Virus record (IMG/VR): IMGVR_UViG_3300034069_002177
Span: 64,001 to 128,000 of that record
Source: a virus
Lineage: Duplodnaviria; Caudoviricetes
Direction: 5' to 3' (one strand)
DNA length: 64,000 nucleotides
Positions 26,117-35,860 of this stretch are shown here, in pieces (the first letter of the stretch is position 1; each line of letters begins with the position of its first letter). The notes beneath the pieces were generated by a model that did no database searches, was not told the origin of the DNA, and was given only the letters and a program-made list of their open reading frames with translations. The position numbers and the translations under genes are program-made.

Positions 26117-26824
26117 ATGTCTTTCCCTCCCAATACGCCTGATGAGGCAAGGAGTTCCACCGCTGGGTTCTTTGCGAAACTTGTTATCTTCATCCTCGTT
26201 GTAACTGCTGCGTTTGTTGTTCCTTATGTCGTGGTGAAGCAAAACGAAGCAAAAGGGTCCACGAGTACCGTTTCGCCGGAAGCAGTACATGGAGGTACAG
26301 CCACCCCGCATCCAGCAGTAAACGATCCCGGAACGGTGAAGACAAGCGCGGGTACTCTGCCCGATGAGTTGACGTTCGTAGCTGGAGATTCGTTGCCTTC
26401 GTCTGCAACATTAGCACTGGCTTCTCCTTCTGAAGCGGGCTGGGATCTCATCAGTCAGACTAATGGCGTGAATACCTATAAGTACCGTGCGTTGGGGTGC
26501 ACTATCACTTCGCAAATAGTCTCGATGAAGTTCACAGCGACTGGCGAAGGAGCAAGTACAGAACTACTCACTAACGAATTGAAACAGACCGTTTCTAGCA
26601 GTGATGTGACGGTAGCCAACCTCGAATACAACTTCCAACCATTCGATACTCAGTTCGTTGGAGTGGGTACGAGCGATGGTGGACTTTTCAAATGGAATTA
26701 CGGTCGTGCCTTCCCCACGATGAACAAGGGCGTTTATATCACTGCATCGTGCGGCACCAAGGATACGATGTTCCAAGCAGCGGATGAACTCCGCGCACAG
26801 TTCGGTGTATTGATTAAGGCGTAA
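26117..26824 (+). CDS. membrane-anchored exported protein
   Basis: N-terminal TM, Thr/Pro linker, DcrB/PsbP-like layout (not certain). Confidence 0.7.
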   Translation: MSFPPNTPDEARSSTAGFFAKLVIFILVVTAAFVVPYVVVKQNEAKGSTSTVSPEAVHGGTATPHPAVNDPGTVKTSAGTLPDELTFVAGDSLPSSATLALASPSEAGWDLISQTNGVNTYKYRALGCTITSQIVSMKFTATGEGASTELLTNELKQTVSSSDVTVANLEYNFQPFDTQFVGVGTSDGGLFKWNYGRAFPTMNKGVYITASCGTKDTMFQAADELRAQFGVLIKA

Positions 26825-27440
26825 GACCGAAACGATCTGGTTGAAGAACTCGCACGAGGGCGTATTCCTTACCCCATCGGGTGAACAGCTTGCGCTTCCT
26901 GAGATCAGCGATGTAAGCGTCTCGTTGGAGCTTGCGACCTGTTTCTTCGCCAAGACCAATAAGGAACTCATCGAAATCAGGTTCCAATACTTGCATATGA
27001 TCTGCGTCGTAAACAAATCTTGATGGGTAATACTCAGGAGCCTTTCGACGCTTGGCATAACGTGATTCTTCTATCATCGTGCCGATGTCTCGAATGAAGT
27101 CAGTGCGACGCTCACCCTCGATACGGGTGATGTGTTCCTGTGCACCCACGATAGCTAGCGGTCGGCTGATGTTGTCGTCAGGTGAGGTGTGGTTGTAGTC
27201 ATGATATAGAGCGGCTAAGGTTATCGCCAGCTTGTCGATAGTAGCGAAGCCGAACCACTCGGCACCTTCACTAGCGTATAGCGCTACGGTAATCCCATGC
27301 TGAGCATTGTGGTACGGCTTGTTGGCTGTAGGATTGGTCTCCGTGATAGCGGTGAGATGAGCCTGCGGGTCAGCAGATTTGAGCCTTGTGAGTGTTTCGA
27401 TAAGGCGTGAGATTCGACTTGCATTGACGGCTTGATCCAT
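26814..27440 (-). CDS. HD-domain phosphohydrolase
   Basis: PYHNAQHG, ALYHDYNH, YDADH. Confidence 0.85.
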   Translation of the reverse strand: MDQAVNASRISRLIETLTRLKSADPQAHLTAITETNPTANKPYHNAQHGITVALYASEGAEWFGFATIDKLAITLAALYHDYNHTSPDDNISRPLAIVGAQEHITRIEGERRTDFIRDIGTMIEESRYAKRRKAPEYYPSRFVYDADHMQVLEPDFDEFLIGLGEETGRKLQRDAYIADLRKRKLFTRWGKEYALVRVLQPDRFGLTP

Positions 27441-27457
27441 TGCCGAAGACTACCATC

Positions 27458-28201
27458 TCAGTCCGCAAACAAATCAAAAAGTTCTTTCGGAGCAATGTCA
27501 AGTTTGTTGGGAACATCATCGATATCTGAGATGAGCAGTCCATCAAGTTTCCGTTTGTATTCGACGATGGTCTTAGCCTTAGCCTTTTCGGCATCTGTTG
27601 CTTGTCGCCAGGACGACTCATACTTACTGGTCGGCTTCACGGGACGCTTAGTAGTCCATTTGGCATAGATGAGCTTTTTGTCGGTTTCGGCGCGAGTGTG
27701 TTGAGCCGTGAGTCCTCCTTTGTTGTGGACTTTGGTATTACCCTTCGTCTCACCGAGGTAGGTCCAATTGTCAGCCTTATAGAGTGCGCCCTTGCGAGTA
27801 TCGTTCTCTACAACGAATGTCTCGAAGCCGATAACCTTGACACCGTAGATGTCCTCCCACAATTGCGCGCACACTTTGCGCCAGAGCGCTAGAACTCGCG
27901 TGGCAAGGTTCTTCTCATGAAACTCTAAACGAAAGACTGTGTTATTGATGATTGCCGGTAGGTAGTAGCTCTGTTTGATCTCTTTGTCTTTGGGAATGCC
28001 GAAGAATGTATCTCTTGCACCTACGCCGTAGACCGATGATGCACCGGAGATGATACCTACGACTTTTCCGTTGTAGTGAATGATGAAGTGAAGTTGCTGA
28101 CCGTGCGTACCGTTGTTTTCGACGTAATGACGATTGCGAATTTCTTGATAGCGCTCGTCAGTTCGCTTGACGCATTCGAGCGCGATTTCTTCATTACTCA
28201 C
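27458..28201 (-). CDS. DUF4338/DruA-like (Mom-related GNAT fold) protein
   Basis: RHY..., NNTVFRL, LATRVL, W..IYG....FETFV, GALYKADNWTYLGETKG. Confidence 0.7.
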   Translation of the reverse strand: MSNEEIALECVKRTDERYQEIRNRHYVENNGTHGQQLHFIIHYNGKVVGIISGASSVYGVGARDTFFGIPKDKEIKQSYYLPAIINNTVFRLEFHEKNLATRVLALWRKVCAQLWEDIYGVKVIGFETFVVENDTRKGALYKADNWTYLGETKGNTKVHNKGGLTAQHTRAETDKKLIYAKWTTKRPVKPTSKYESSWRQATDAEKAKAKTIVEYKRKLDGLLISDIDDVPNKLDIAPKELFDLFAD

Positions 28202-28445
28202 TGGTACTCCTTAGGCGAAGAAATAGTAGCACGACGCATCTTAAATCACCAGAGCGAGATGTCGGAAGCATCATCTACAATCGAGTTATGCGAGGAAACT
28301 ACCGATTACGCAAACGTTGTTCTGGCGTCCTTTATGGCTGTGCTTATTCTGCGCAGCCATTTGCATTTAACAACTTGACAACCCAATTGGAATGCAATAG
28401 TATTGCTGTTGACGTAAGTGTTACCAGCCAAAAACGAAAGGAGGG

Positions 28446-28979
28446 ATGGTCATGCGCGGAGTAATTGTTTTGAACGGGAACAACGAGCCACTTGGTGTCG
28501 TGTCTGTCCGTCGTGCGGTCGGCTATGTTGTGGCTGATCGAGTTGATATCATCGAGGACACCGATGACGACTTCTTCCGCTCTGCTGGAAACAAGCTCGT
28601 GAAGGTACCTCGGGTAGTTCGCTTCAAGGACGCCGTGGATGTTCCTACACGGTTCAACGAAATGAACTGGTCTCGTACTAAGATGCTCGACCGCGACCTC
28701 TACACCTGTGGCTACTGCGGCAAGTGGGGTAACACCGTGGACCACATTATGCCTCAGTCTCGTGGCGGAAAGTACACCTGGATGAACACCATCACGGCGT
28801 GCCACAAGTGCAACAACCGCAAGGCTGACCGCACCCCTGAAGAGGCTGGTATGGAGCTTTTGTTCCAGCCCAAGCTTGTCTACCGAACCGACACTCTGCT
28901 GCTCGCTATGGCTGCGACAGGTGCCGACTTGGAGCGTTTGGGTTTTGACACCCCTACGCCTCGAATGGTGGAAGCCTAG
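28446..28979 (+). CDS. HNH endonuclease (paralog of 19693-20190)
   Basis: VIVLNGNNEPLG, RDLYTCGYCG, TVDHIMPQSRGG, CHKCNNRKADRTPEEA. Confidence 0.92.
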   Translation: MVMRGVIVLNGNNEPLGVVSVRRAVGYVVADRVDIIEDTDDDFFRSAGNKLVKVPRVVRFKDAVDVPTRFNEMNWSRTKMLDRDLYTCGYCGKWGNTVDHIMPQSRGGKYTWMNTITACHKCNNRKADRTPEEAGMELLFQPKLVYRTDTLLLAMAATGADLERLGFDTPTPRMVEA

Positions 28980-28997
28980 GAGGTTCCTGGCAACATA

Positions 28998-29038
28998 AGA
29001 AAGAGGTTGGGCTAATCGTCCAACCTCTTTCTGTTTCT
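28998..29038 (+). terminator. rho-independent terminator
   Basis: AGAAAGAGGTTGG...CCAACCTCTTTCT followed by T-rich run. Confidence 0.65.
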
Positions 29039-29094
29039 CTGACGATGTGACTATACTGGCGAAGTAAGTGTTTGACAGAAACGAAAGGTATCTC

Positions 29095-29568
29095 ATGTCA
29101 GCAGTTGTAAGTACCCCCATCGTAGATAAGAACGGTAAGCAGACTACGGTCAAAAAGAAGGTTGGTGAGGCTCCCAAGCCTTTCGCCCGTCCTATCCCAT
29201 TCCCTATCTCACGACCACAGCAGGCATCGCCTGAGCAAAGAAACAAGGACGCAGTACGAGATCTTCTTACCCGCCTTTCGGTAGGAGACAGCAGCACCAT
29301 CGCTGACTCGGATGTCAAGGAAGTAAGCACGAGTATTTACTCGGTCACCAGCGGCAAGACCAAGTTCGTTGCATTCGACAACATTCAGGTCTCTGATGAA
29401 ATCGTTTCCGGTATTGTCACCATTGACGACGGAAAAGTCGGTGGAAGCCTTTACCTCGGTAACGGTACCAGCAGCCAGACTGATTCGAGGGGTTACGCTC
29501 TTCGTTCTTCCAATGCCGCTGTTGAAACTCAGCTAGATGCAGCAAAGATTGCGTTGCCTTACCTCTAA
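29095..29568 (+). CDS. hypothetical protein, DKNG-motif family
   Basis: N-terminal TPIVDKNGKQTTVKKK; RBS GAAAGG. Confidence 0.8.
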   Translation: MSAVVSTPIVDKNGKQTTVKKKVGEAPKPFARPIPFPISRPQQASPEQRNKDAVRDLLTRLSVGDSSTIADSDVKEVSTSIYSVTSGKTKFVAFDNIQVSDEIVSGIVTIDDGKVGGSLYLGNGTSSQTDSRGYALRSSNAAVETQLDAAKIALPYL

Positions 29569-30098
29569 CGAGATTTGACTTCCAGCGAGAGTCGAAGTTC
29601 CTTCATCACAGCGAAGAGAACATCGACTCTCGCTTCTTTTCTGCCCTCTTCGATCTCGGTTACTCGAATGATCGGCACCTTGATTTTGGTTGCAACCTGC
29701 TTTCGGGTGAGCTTACGAGTCTCTCGTTGACGTTGAATCACCGAGCCTAGTTGTTCGAAGCTCGTGACTCCGCGATGCAATGAAGTTTCTTCAACAGCAA
29801 TAGGGGCATTGTGTCCGATGTGGAGGTTGTGACAGTAATCACAGCGGTATACATTTGAGGCTGGGTCGTCACGAAGCCTCTGCGGCACTTCTCCTTCGTA
29901 TTTGAAACGAGTTTTGAATCCCCACTGACCGTTCACGAGCCTTTTGCAACCGCGAGGTGCATCATCTACCTTATTGGACGGTGCGGGTACTTTGGCGCAT
30001 CGATACGAGCAATACATACCATCGACGACCGGAGTGCCATCCAAACCCTTGCGACAGTTCTTGCAGCGAGTACGGACGGGGTAAAGTGTTTCAGCCAT
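29565..30098 (-). CDS. Zn-finger plus XRE helix-turn-helix protein
   Basis: CxxC...CSYRC, CDYCHNLH; C-terminal LTRKQVATKIKVPIIRVTEIEEG. Confidence 0.8.
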   Translation of the reverse strand: MAETLYPVRTRCKNCRKGLDGTPVVDGMYCSYRCAKVPAPSNKVDDAPRGCKRLVNGQWGFKTRFKYEGEVPQRLRDDPASNVYRCDYCHNLHIGHNAPIAVEETSLHRGVTSFEQLGSVIQRQRETRKLTRKQVATKIKVPIIRVTEIEEGRKEARVDVLFAVMKELRLSLEVKSR

Positions 30099-30165
30099 GA
30101 TGGAGATACTACCATCTCGGTGTCGCCGCCTACGGCTATGATGGATACAGCCTTAAGGAGCAAAC

Positions 30166-31251
30166 ATGGTATCCACGAACACGCGACCAGAGTCCATTGT
30201 TGACAAAAACGGTGTCGCGACTACTCGACACAAGAAGCTAGACAATGGAACTTCTACTAAGCGCAGCGGTGGCGCACCCGCCCCCAAACTTGCTGCTGGA
30301 CAGAACTCCCGTCCGTTTGCTAACGACACTCCAGCCGAGGTTGATGTTCCGCTTGCTGAGATTTATGGAAAGATTGCTTCCGAACGTGGAGCAATCAACC
30401 ACGCCCGTTCCCAGATTGAAAATTATACGCGCCTTGTCGAAACCGAGATTGCCAAGGAAGCCAAGCGCGGTGTCGAAAATGGAAACGGTGGCTATTACGC
30501 TGATTCGTACCGTAACACCATCGGCAAGTTGCAACAAACCGTCAAAGAACATGAACCGCTTCTTGCCGAAGCTATCGAAGAAGCTGAGCCGTACGAAGAT
30601 GAATTTGCCGCTCGCGGAGGATGGAGTCGCTTCTATCAGGTAAGTAACTCAAATGGTCACGTTCACCGCAGTATGAATTGCTCGACGTGTTACCCCACGA
30701 CGGAGTTCTACTGGCATGCAGAGCGCTCCGGTTCTACTGACGCCGAAATTGTTGATGATGCCGGTGAGGACGCTTGTACCGTTTGCTTCCCCGACGCGCC
30801 CGTAGAAACACTATCCCGTCCTGGCAAGATGGAAACTCCTGATCGCACCAAGCAGCGTGAAGAGCGTGAAGCCCGCGCCGCGAAGAAGATCGCCGCAGAT
30901 GCTGCCAAGGTTGCTAAGTCCATCACCAACCCAGACGGCTCGCCTCTTCGTCTCGGTAAATATGACCTTATCAAGACAGAACGAGCAGCGGAAATGGATT
31001 TTGTTGATACAGCGCTCTACGCATACGCATACATCGACCCTGAAGAAGAAGGGTTCCGTAGAAACACCTGGCGCGATGAACAAGTCGAGAAGATGAGGCT
31101 TCTTTCGGCTGCGTTGGCTGCTAAGCGTGGAGTATCGCATGAAGAAATTTCTGAGTCCCTCAAGGCAAAGGCAGTCGGTAGGCTGAAGCGCGAGAACAAA
31201 GATCTCATTGAGAAGTTCGAGCGTAATTTCAAGCCTTCCGATTTCGAGTGA
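30166..31251 (+). CDS. hypothetical protein, DKNG-motif family, with Cys/His motif
   Basis: SIVDKNGVATTRHKK; GHVHRSMNCSTC...ACTVCFP. Confidence 0.85.
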   Translation: MVSTNTRPESIVDKNGVATTRHKKLDNGTSTKRSGGAPAPKLAAGQNSRPFANDTPAEVDVPLAEIYGKIASERGAINHARSQIENYTRLVETEIAKEAKRGVENGNGGYYADSYRNTIGKLQQTVKEHEPLLAEAIEEAEPYEDEFAARGGWSRFYQVSNSNGHVHRSMNCSTCYPTTEFYWHAERSGSTDAEIVDDAGEDACTVCFPDAPVETLSRPGKMETPDRTKQREEREARAAKKIAADAAKVAKSITNPDGSPLRLGKYDLIKTERAAEMDFVDTALYAYAYIDPEEEGFRRNTWRDEQVEKMRLLSAALAAKRGVSHEEISESLKAKAVGRLKRENKDLIEKFERNFKPSDFE

Positions 31252-31288
31252 TAGATTCATCTACAGACATAAGGGCTGACGCCTAGAA

Positions 31289-32080
31289 TTGGAGCACCAC
31301 TACATGGATGCCATCGGCTTTTTCGGTTTCGAAATTGACGGTGACGTAAAACTGGCTAACGTTGAGTCTTCATACGAAGCATTCGCACCCCACTATCTTG
31401 ACTGGATACGTGAGGCGAATCGTGAAGATCTGCTCCGCATGGTTACAACGTTACAGACCGTTCCAAATAATGCTGACGATGATGAGATCGCTCAGGCATT
31501 CGGCTACGCGAGTGCCGAAGACTTTTCCGAAAAGGTGGGAGCCTTCCCGGAAGGTGTACTTGACGAAGCATTGGGCAGCCCCAAGGATATGCTCTATAAC
31601 GGCGTTGTCTACGGTACAACCAAGCCATCTGATTTTCGTCATGCTGAGTATGGATATGTCGTCAACCTCACACAAGGAACTTTGGATTGCTACATCGGTA
31701 ATCAGCTAGCACCACATGATGAAGGTTTGTTCTTCATGGTTGCTCCGGTCACTGATTCAGGGACTATTGCGGAACACCACCACGTAGATTCAGTCGAAGT
31801 TTTTGCACCTCGCCTTTACGCTAGTTACGATTGGGATAACCTGCCGTCTAAAGCTGAGTTTCTTGCTAACCACTACCGAGCCTTGATGTTGCAAGAAGAC
31901 ATGAACAACTCTGCCATCACGAAAAGTAAGAAGACCAAGAAGAAACGTCATTCTCTTCTTGCGTTCGGAAGGAACAGGCCGGTCCTGGAAGATTCAGTCT
32001 GTGGCGCAATCGTAAAGTCGAATGGCAAGCCTTGTGTTCTTCGTGCAGGGCACGGAGGTAATCACCGATCTCGTATCTAG
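31289..32080 (+). CDS. hypothetical protein with C-terminal Cys2His2-type motif
   Basis: Long ORF; ends CGAIVKSNGKPCVLRAGHGGNHRSRI. Confidence 0.8.
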   Translation: MEHHYMDAIGFFGFEIDGDVKLANVESSYEAFAPHYLDWIREANREDLLRMVTTLQTVPNNADDDEIAQAFGYASAEDFSEKVGAFPEGVLDEALGSPKDMLYNGVVYGTTKPSDFRHAEYGYVVNLTQGTLDCYIGNQLAPHDEGLFFMVAPVTDSGTIAEHHHVDSVEVFAPRLYASYDWDNLPSKAEFLANHYRALMLQEDMNNSAITKSKKTKKKRHSLLAFGRNRPVLEDSVCGAIVKSNGKPCVLRAGHGGNHRSRI

Positions 32081-33438
32081 GCGGCTACAGGCTGCGCCGT
32101 AACGCCATTAGCATGGTTAGACACCCACGAGTCCATAGCGTCTTTCAAAGCCGTCCTGATTGATTCCTCGGTACTCTCAGAGGGTTTGATGGCTAGTGCT
32201 GCTGTATTGAGGAACATCATTAGCTCATCGACGCTACTACGAGCTTCGACCCATTTCTGCAAGTCGTGGGGGATGGTAATAACGATTCGGTTATCGTCTA
32301 CGGGCTTTTTCAAAGACTCCCGCGCAATCTCCGTTACTCGTTCCCAGAAACTTTCATTCTGACGAGTGGAACCGGAAGGTGCCTTGGTGAATGAGACCAT
32401 CGTCTTGTTTTTGAGAGCGGTTTCATAGTCAAGCCAATGACGAATTACTTTGGGCAGCTTCTCTATTTCTTCGACCTCGCCTGTCTTCTTGTCTTGGATG
32501 CCGAACTCCAAATTTCCCAATCGAACGATTTCTTGATTCTTAGCCAATGGTATGAAGAACTTAGACAGCTTGGGGTTGGCATTGATGAGCCGAAGGATGT
32601 CATGAGGGTTACGAACGTTGCCGTTGCCATCATCGTCGAGGTCACCATTTTCCTTGAACCACCCATTGTTGAACAGCGAACGAGGGAAACCGTGTTTGTA
32701 GGACTTGGTGAGGTAGCCGCTGACGACATTAGGGTCAAAAATTTCTTGCGCGGATATACCATTCTTACGGGTGGGGCGGGGGAGCTTTTCTGCTACGTGT
32801 GTGTCAATCCAGCATCTTGCAAAGATATCTTCGACCTTCTTCATAGTGATTGCGGGGACACGAGCGCTGTACAGAATTACGATATTGCTGTGTGGGTTGA
32901 TACCAGATTCGGTGTAGCTGATTTCTGGCATGTGGATAACGCCCGCAATGCTCAGGCGCGTCTTCTCGGCTTGGTTGAGCTTAGAAAGGAACTTAGAGTA
33001 TGCCTTGCCTTGTACCTTGATGAGTTCTTCATGGTCGAGGCGAGCGGCGCTACGGCTGGTAGCGACGATGAGTTGTGCTCGACCACCTTCCGCTTGCGTA
33101 TTCCTGATTAGAGCCTCTACCTGTCGCTCAGCGCGCATACCGTGCATCTGACCACAGTTGGGGCATGAAGAACGACCACACACGGACAGCTTGGAAAAGT
33201 TGGAACTGATGATCTCGCCGGAGGCAGAAAGTGTCACGGTCTGGTCCGAAGTGTTGCCGTTTGAATAACGCTGACAATTACGAATGCGGGTAGAGCTACT
33301 GATTCGTCTCAGAACTTTTCTGGACGCGCTAATCTCGCGCCTGTAATCGGCAAAGGCTACTTTTGGTAGCGAAAGTTGAATGCTCTCGTCCTGAGAATCC
33401 TCGGGTGTGGATGAAGATGTCATCGTTCTGTCGAGCAC
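32077..33438 (-). CDS. Rep_1-like rolling-circle (HUH) protein
   Basis: RIRNC...SVCGRSSCPNC, EIS....INPHSNIVI (motif II variant), GYLTK (motif III). Confidence 0.7.
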   Translation of the reverse strand: MLDRTMTSSSTPEDSQDESIQLSLPKVAFADYRREISASRKVLRRISSSTRIRNCQRYSNGNTSDQTVTLSASGEIISSNFSKLSVCGRSSCPNCGQMHGMRAERQVEALIRNTQAEGGRAQLIVATSRSAARLDHEELIKVQGKAYSKFLSKLNQAEKTRLSIAGVIHMPEISYTESGINPHSNIVILYSARVPAITMKKVEDIFARCWIDTHVAEKLPRPTRKNGISAQEIFDPNVVSGYLTKSYKHGFPRSLFNNGWFKENGDLDDDGNGNVRNPHDILRLINANPKLSKFFIPLAKNQEIVRLGNLEFGIQDKKTGEVEEIEKLPKVIRHWLDYETALKNKTMVSFTKAPSGSTRQNESFWERVTEIARESLKKPVDDNRIVITIPHDLQKWVEARSSVDELMMFLNTAALAIKPSESTEESIRTALKDAMDSWVSNHANGVTAQPVAA

Positions 33439-33582
33439 TCCCTTCGTAATCTGGTGTCGAAAACTAACCGTGGTTGGCGCTCTAAGCGACCTGTAACACG
33501 TTCGCCTTACGGTATCACCGAGAAGTCATTTCCGCTAGTTGATTTTCGTCCGAGTTTGGATGATTTTTCGGTCGTACCTGTG

Positions 33583-35103
33583 CTACGAAGACTGCTTTGT
33601 GAGACGGGTCTGAGCGAACTCGCGTTTTTCTTCGATGCTTTCCAGATCATCGAACGATTTAAGAACCGCTTGCTTGTCTTCTTGGCTCATTTCGGGAGTG
33701 AGAGACTCTTGGACCATCGACCACACCTTCCATTCAGGGGCTTTACCGGCAGATTCTACGTTCTTAACAGTGGGGCGAATGATAGAGGTCTGCTTGTCAT
33801 CATTGTAGGTACTGTGCTCTTTGATGGTGAGCTTGCTGATGTCGATAACTCCGCCTTCCCACACCTCCGGGGGATTGCTGGCACCCCATTTAATCAGATG
33901 GTTGTCTTCGTCTCGGAAAATCATTGTCGTTTTGTCACCGTAGTCGGTGGGATACGTTGCTCGGAACTCCAAAGTAAGCTTCATAGGCTTGATTATTTTG
34001 TCTCCCGGAGTACCAATCCATTCCTGATTGACTGGCGGCTTGCCTTCCTTGGCAATATCGGATGGCTTGTTGTTCTCGCGGTACCATGCAGAAACTGCGG
34101 AGGCAGCTATACCGACATGGCGTGCCTTTACCAACTCCATGTCCGTGTTGTTACCAGAACCAAAGACTGATTTGAGATTATCGATGTAGTCGCTACCGTT
34201 GTTTGAAGTGCTACGGACGTAAGCGATAACATCATCGACCTTTGCGGCGTCATACTTTTTGTCTTTTTCGCTCAGGGCGAGACTGACCTCATCAGCGGTC
34301 GCTTTGGTTGCCATCGTGCTGTTGGCGCGACTGATGTAATTGGCTCCATCATTGGTGAGGTTTAGAGCGACCCCGACAACATCACGAAGAGAGTAAGAAA
34401 CTCCCGAATTGCTTCCAAGTGAGGAAGATTCTAGGTCCGAAAGACTGTCTTCAATTTTAGTGTCATTGAGAGTCCAGAGACCTTCGGGTCGAACACCCAT
34501 GAACAATTGCAAGCAGTTGGATCCGATTTGCTTGGTATCACCCTCAGGGTTGGTCACGGTGTAGATCCGTTCGCGGCGGCGGTTGGTGTGGCATTGGTCG
34601 CAGTGTGCGTCTTCAGGAACTTCGAAGTCTGCACCCTTGCCGTAGTAGCTGAGCACATCACCAGCAGGAGTGAATTCGTGTGTAGCGGTGAAGGTCCACT
34701 CGCCGTTGGAAATCGTTGGCTTATTGAGAGTGGCTACGATAACCTCTCGCGAGGTACCATCATTCTCATTGTGAATCACTTTGGATTCGAAACCGTACTC
34801 GAATCGATCTTCGACACCAGCACGTTCAAGTCGATTATTTGCCATCTTGATAATGTGCTCGAACTTAGCCGAGTTATCTGCGGTGATCGTGTACTCCTGT
34901 ACAGGAAGACTTGCTCTATCAAGGTTTTCACCATCCGCGTCAAATGTTTGTTCTAGAACAGCTTCGGCAGCGCGGGGAGGGGTGGCGCTTTTGATACGGT
35001 TCTTGATGTCTTTCATGTTTGGCTTATCCGTGCTGCGGTGCACGGTGGTTGCCTTACCGTTTTTGTCAACGATAGGTGTGGGAACACGATTGGCGATAGA
35101 CAT
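33583..35103 (-). CDS. hypothetical protein, DKNG-motif family, with Zn-ribbon and OB-like C-terminus
   Basis: TPIVDKNGKATTVHRS; CDQCHTNRRR...IGSNCL; WIGTPGDK...TDYG. Confidence 0.85.
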   Translation of the reverse strand: MSIANRVPTPIVDKNGKATTVHRSTDKPNMKDIKNRIKSATPPRAAEAVLEQTFDADGENLDRASLPVQEYTITADNSAKFEHIIKMANNRLERAGVEDRFEYGFESKVIHNENDGTSREVIVATLNKPTISNGEWTFTATHEFTPAGDVLSYYGKGADFEVPEDAHCDQCHTNRRRERIYTVTNPEGDTKQIGSNCLQLFMGVRPEGLWTLNDTKIEDSLSDLESSSLGSNSGVSYSLRDVVGVALNLTNDGANYISRANSTMATKATADEVSLALSEKDKKYDAAKVDDVIAYVRSTSNNGSDYIDNLKSVFGSGNNTDMELVKARHVGIAASAVSAWYRENNKPSDIAKEGKPPVNQEWIGTPGDKIIKPMKLTLEFRATYPTDYGDKTTMIFRDEDNHLIKWGASNPPEVWEGGVIDISKLTIKEHSTYNDDKQTSIIRPTVKNVESAGKAPEWKVWSMVQESLTPEMSQEDKQAVLKSFDDLESIEEKREFAQTRLTKQSS

Positions 35104-35151
35104 AAGTGAGTCCTCCTAGGAATACCTCTAGGTTACTCCGTACTAGCGACA

Positions 35152-35757
35152 TCAGACCGCGTTGGATGCAAGACCGTTGAGTTCTGTTTTCAAAGTCAAA
35201 GTAATGTCGCTGAGCGCCACGTTCTGGCAATTCGCTGATGCGGCAATGAGAGCTAGGGAGGTAGTAGTGATGACTACCGCGTATTCGTATTCAGTAGATC
35301 CTAGTATGGTCGGATTGGCGAATTCTTTCACTTCTGTACCGACGAGGAAGGGAAGAACGCTTCCATTGATGAATGATTGAATATAGCGGGCGAAAGGCTC
35401 TGGTTCGATATCAGCAAGTCTTGCTATTGCTGGTGCGTTATGAACAATGAGACGTTTCGTTTCGTTCCAGACATCCATCTTGAAGTCATTGTGGGATTCA
35501 AAAGAACCGACAATACGTGTGCATAGCTTCACGCATGATGCGGCTAATACTCCCCACGGCATGACTTTGGTAACGAGACCGATGTTTGTTTGCACCATGT
35601 CGGAATAGCCCATGACATCGTATTCGATGTGCCCTTTGTCATCAGCGCAATGCAATACCAACTCGGCTAGACCCACAGCGGTACCATACGTCAACTCATT
35701 GACGGGGATACCCTCGGGCTTGGCGGACGGTGTGCCCGTGCCGGTTACCTGCTGCAT
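35152..35757 (-). CDS. hypothetical protein
   Basis: 201-aa ORF in tandem with downstream minus-strand gene. Confidence 0.65.
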   Translation of the reverse strand: MQQVTGTGTPSAKPEGIPVNELTYGTAVGLAELVLHCADDKGHIEYDVMGYSDMVQTNIGLVTKVMPWGVLAASCVKLCTRIVGSFESHNDFKMDVWNETKRLIVHNAPAIARLADIEPEPFARYIQSFINGSVLPFLVGTEVKEFANPTILGSTEYEYAVVITTTSLALIAASANCQNVALSDITLTLKTELNGLASNAV

Positions 35758-35860
35758 ATATGGAGGCTACACGAAACGGGCGGCGGCTGTCACAAAACAC
35801 AAAATCACCCAATGCGAGGAGAGAGCGCATTGGGTGATTTTGAGTATTCAGTTGTTAAAT

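Noticed and set aside
28344-29330. 328-aa minus-strand ORF, and similar long shadow ORFs such as 33454-34170 (+) and 24467-25030 (-)
   Set aside because: They are antisense to well-supported genes (HNH, DKNG-family, metallopeptidase) and have no motifs of their own.
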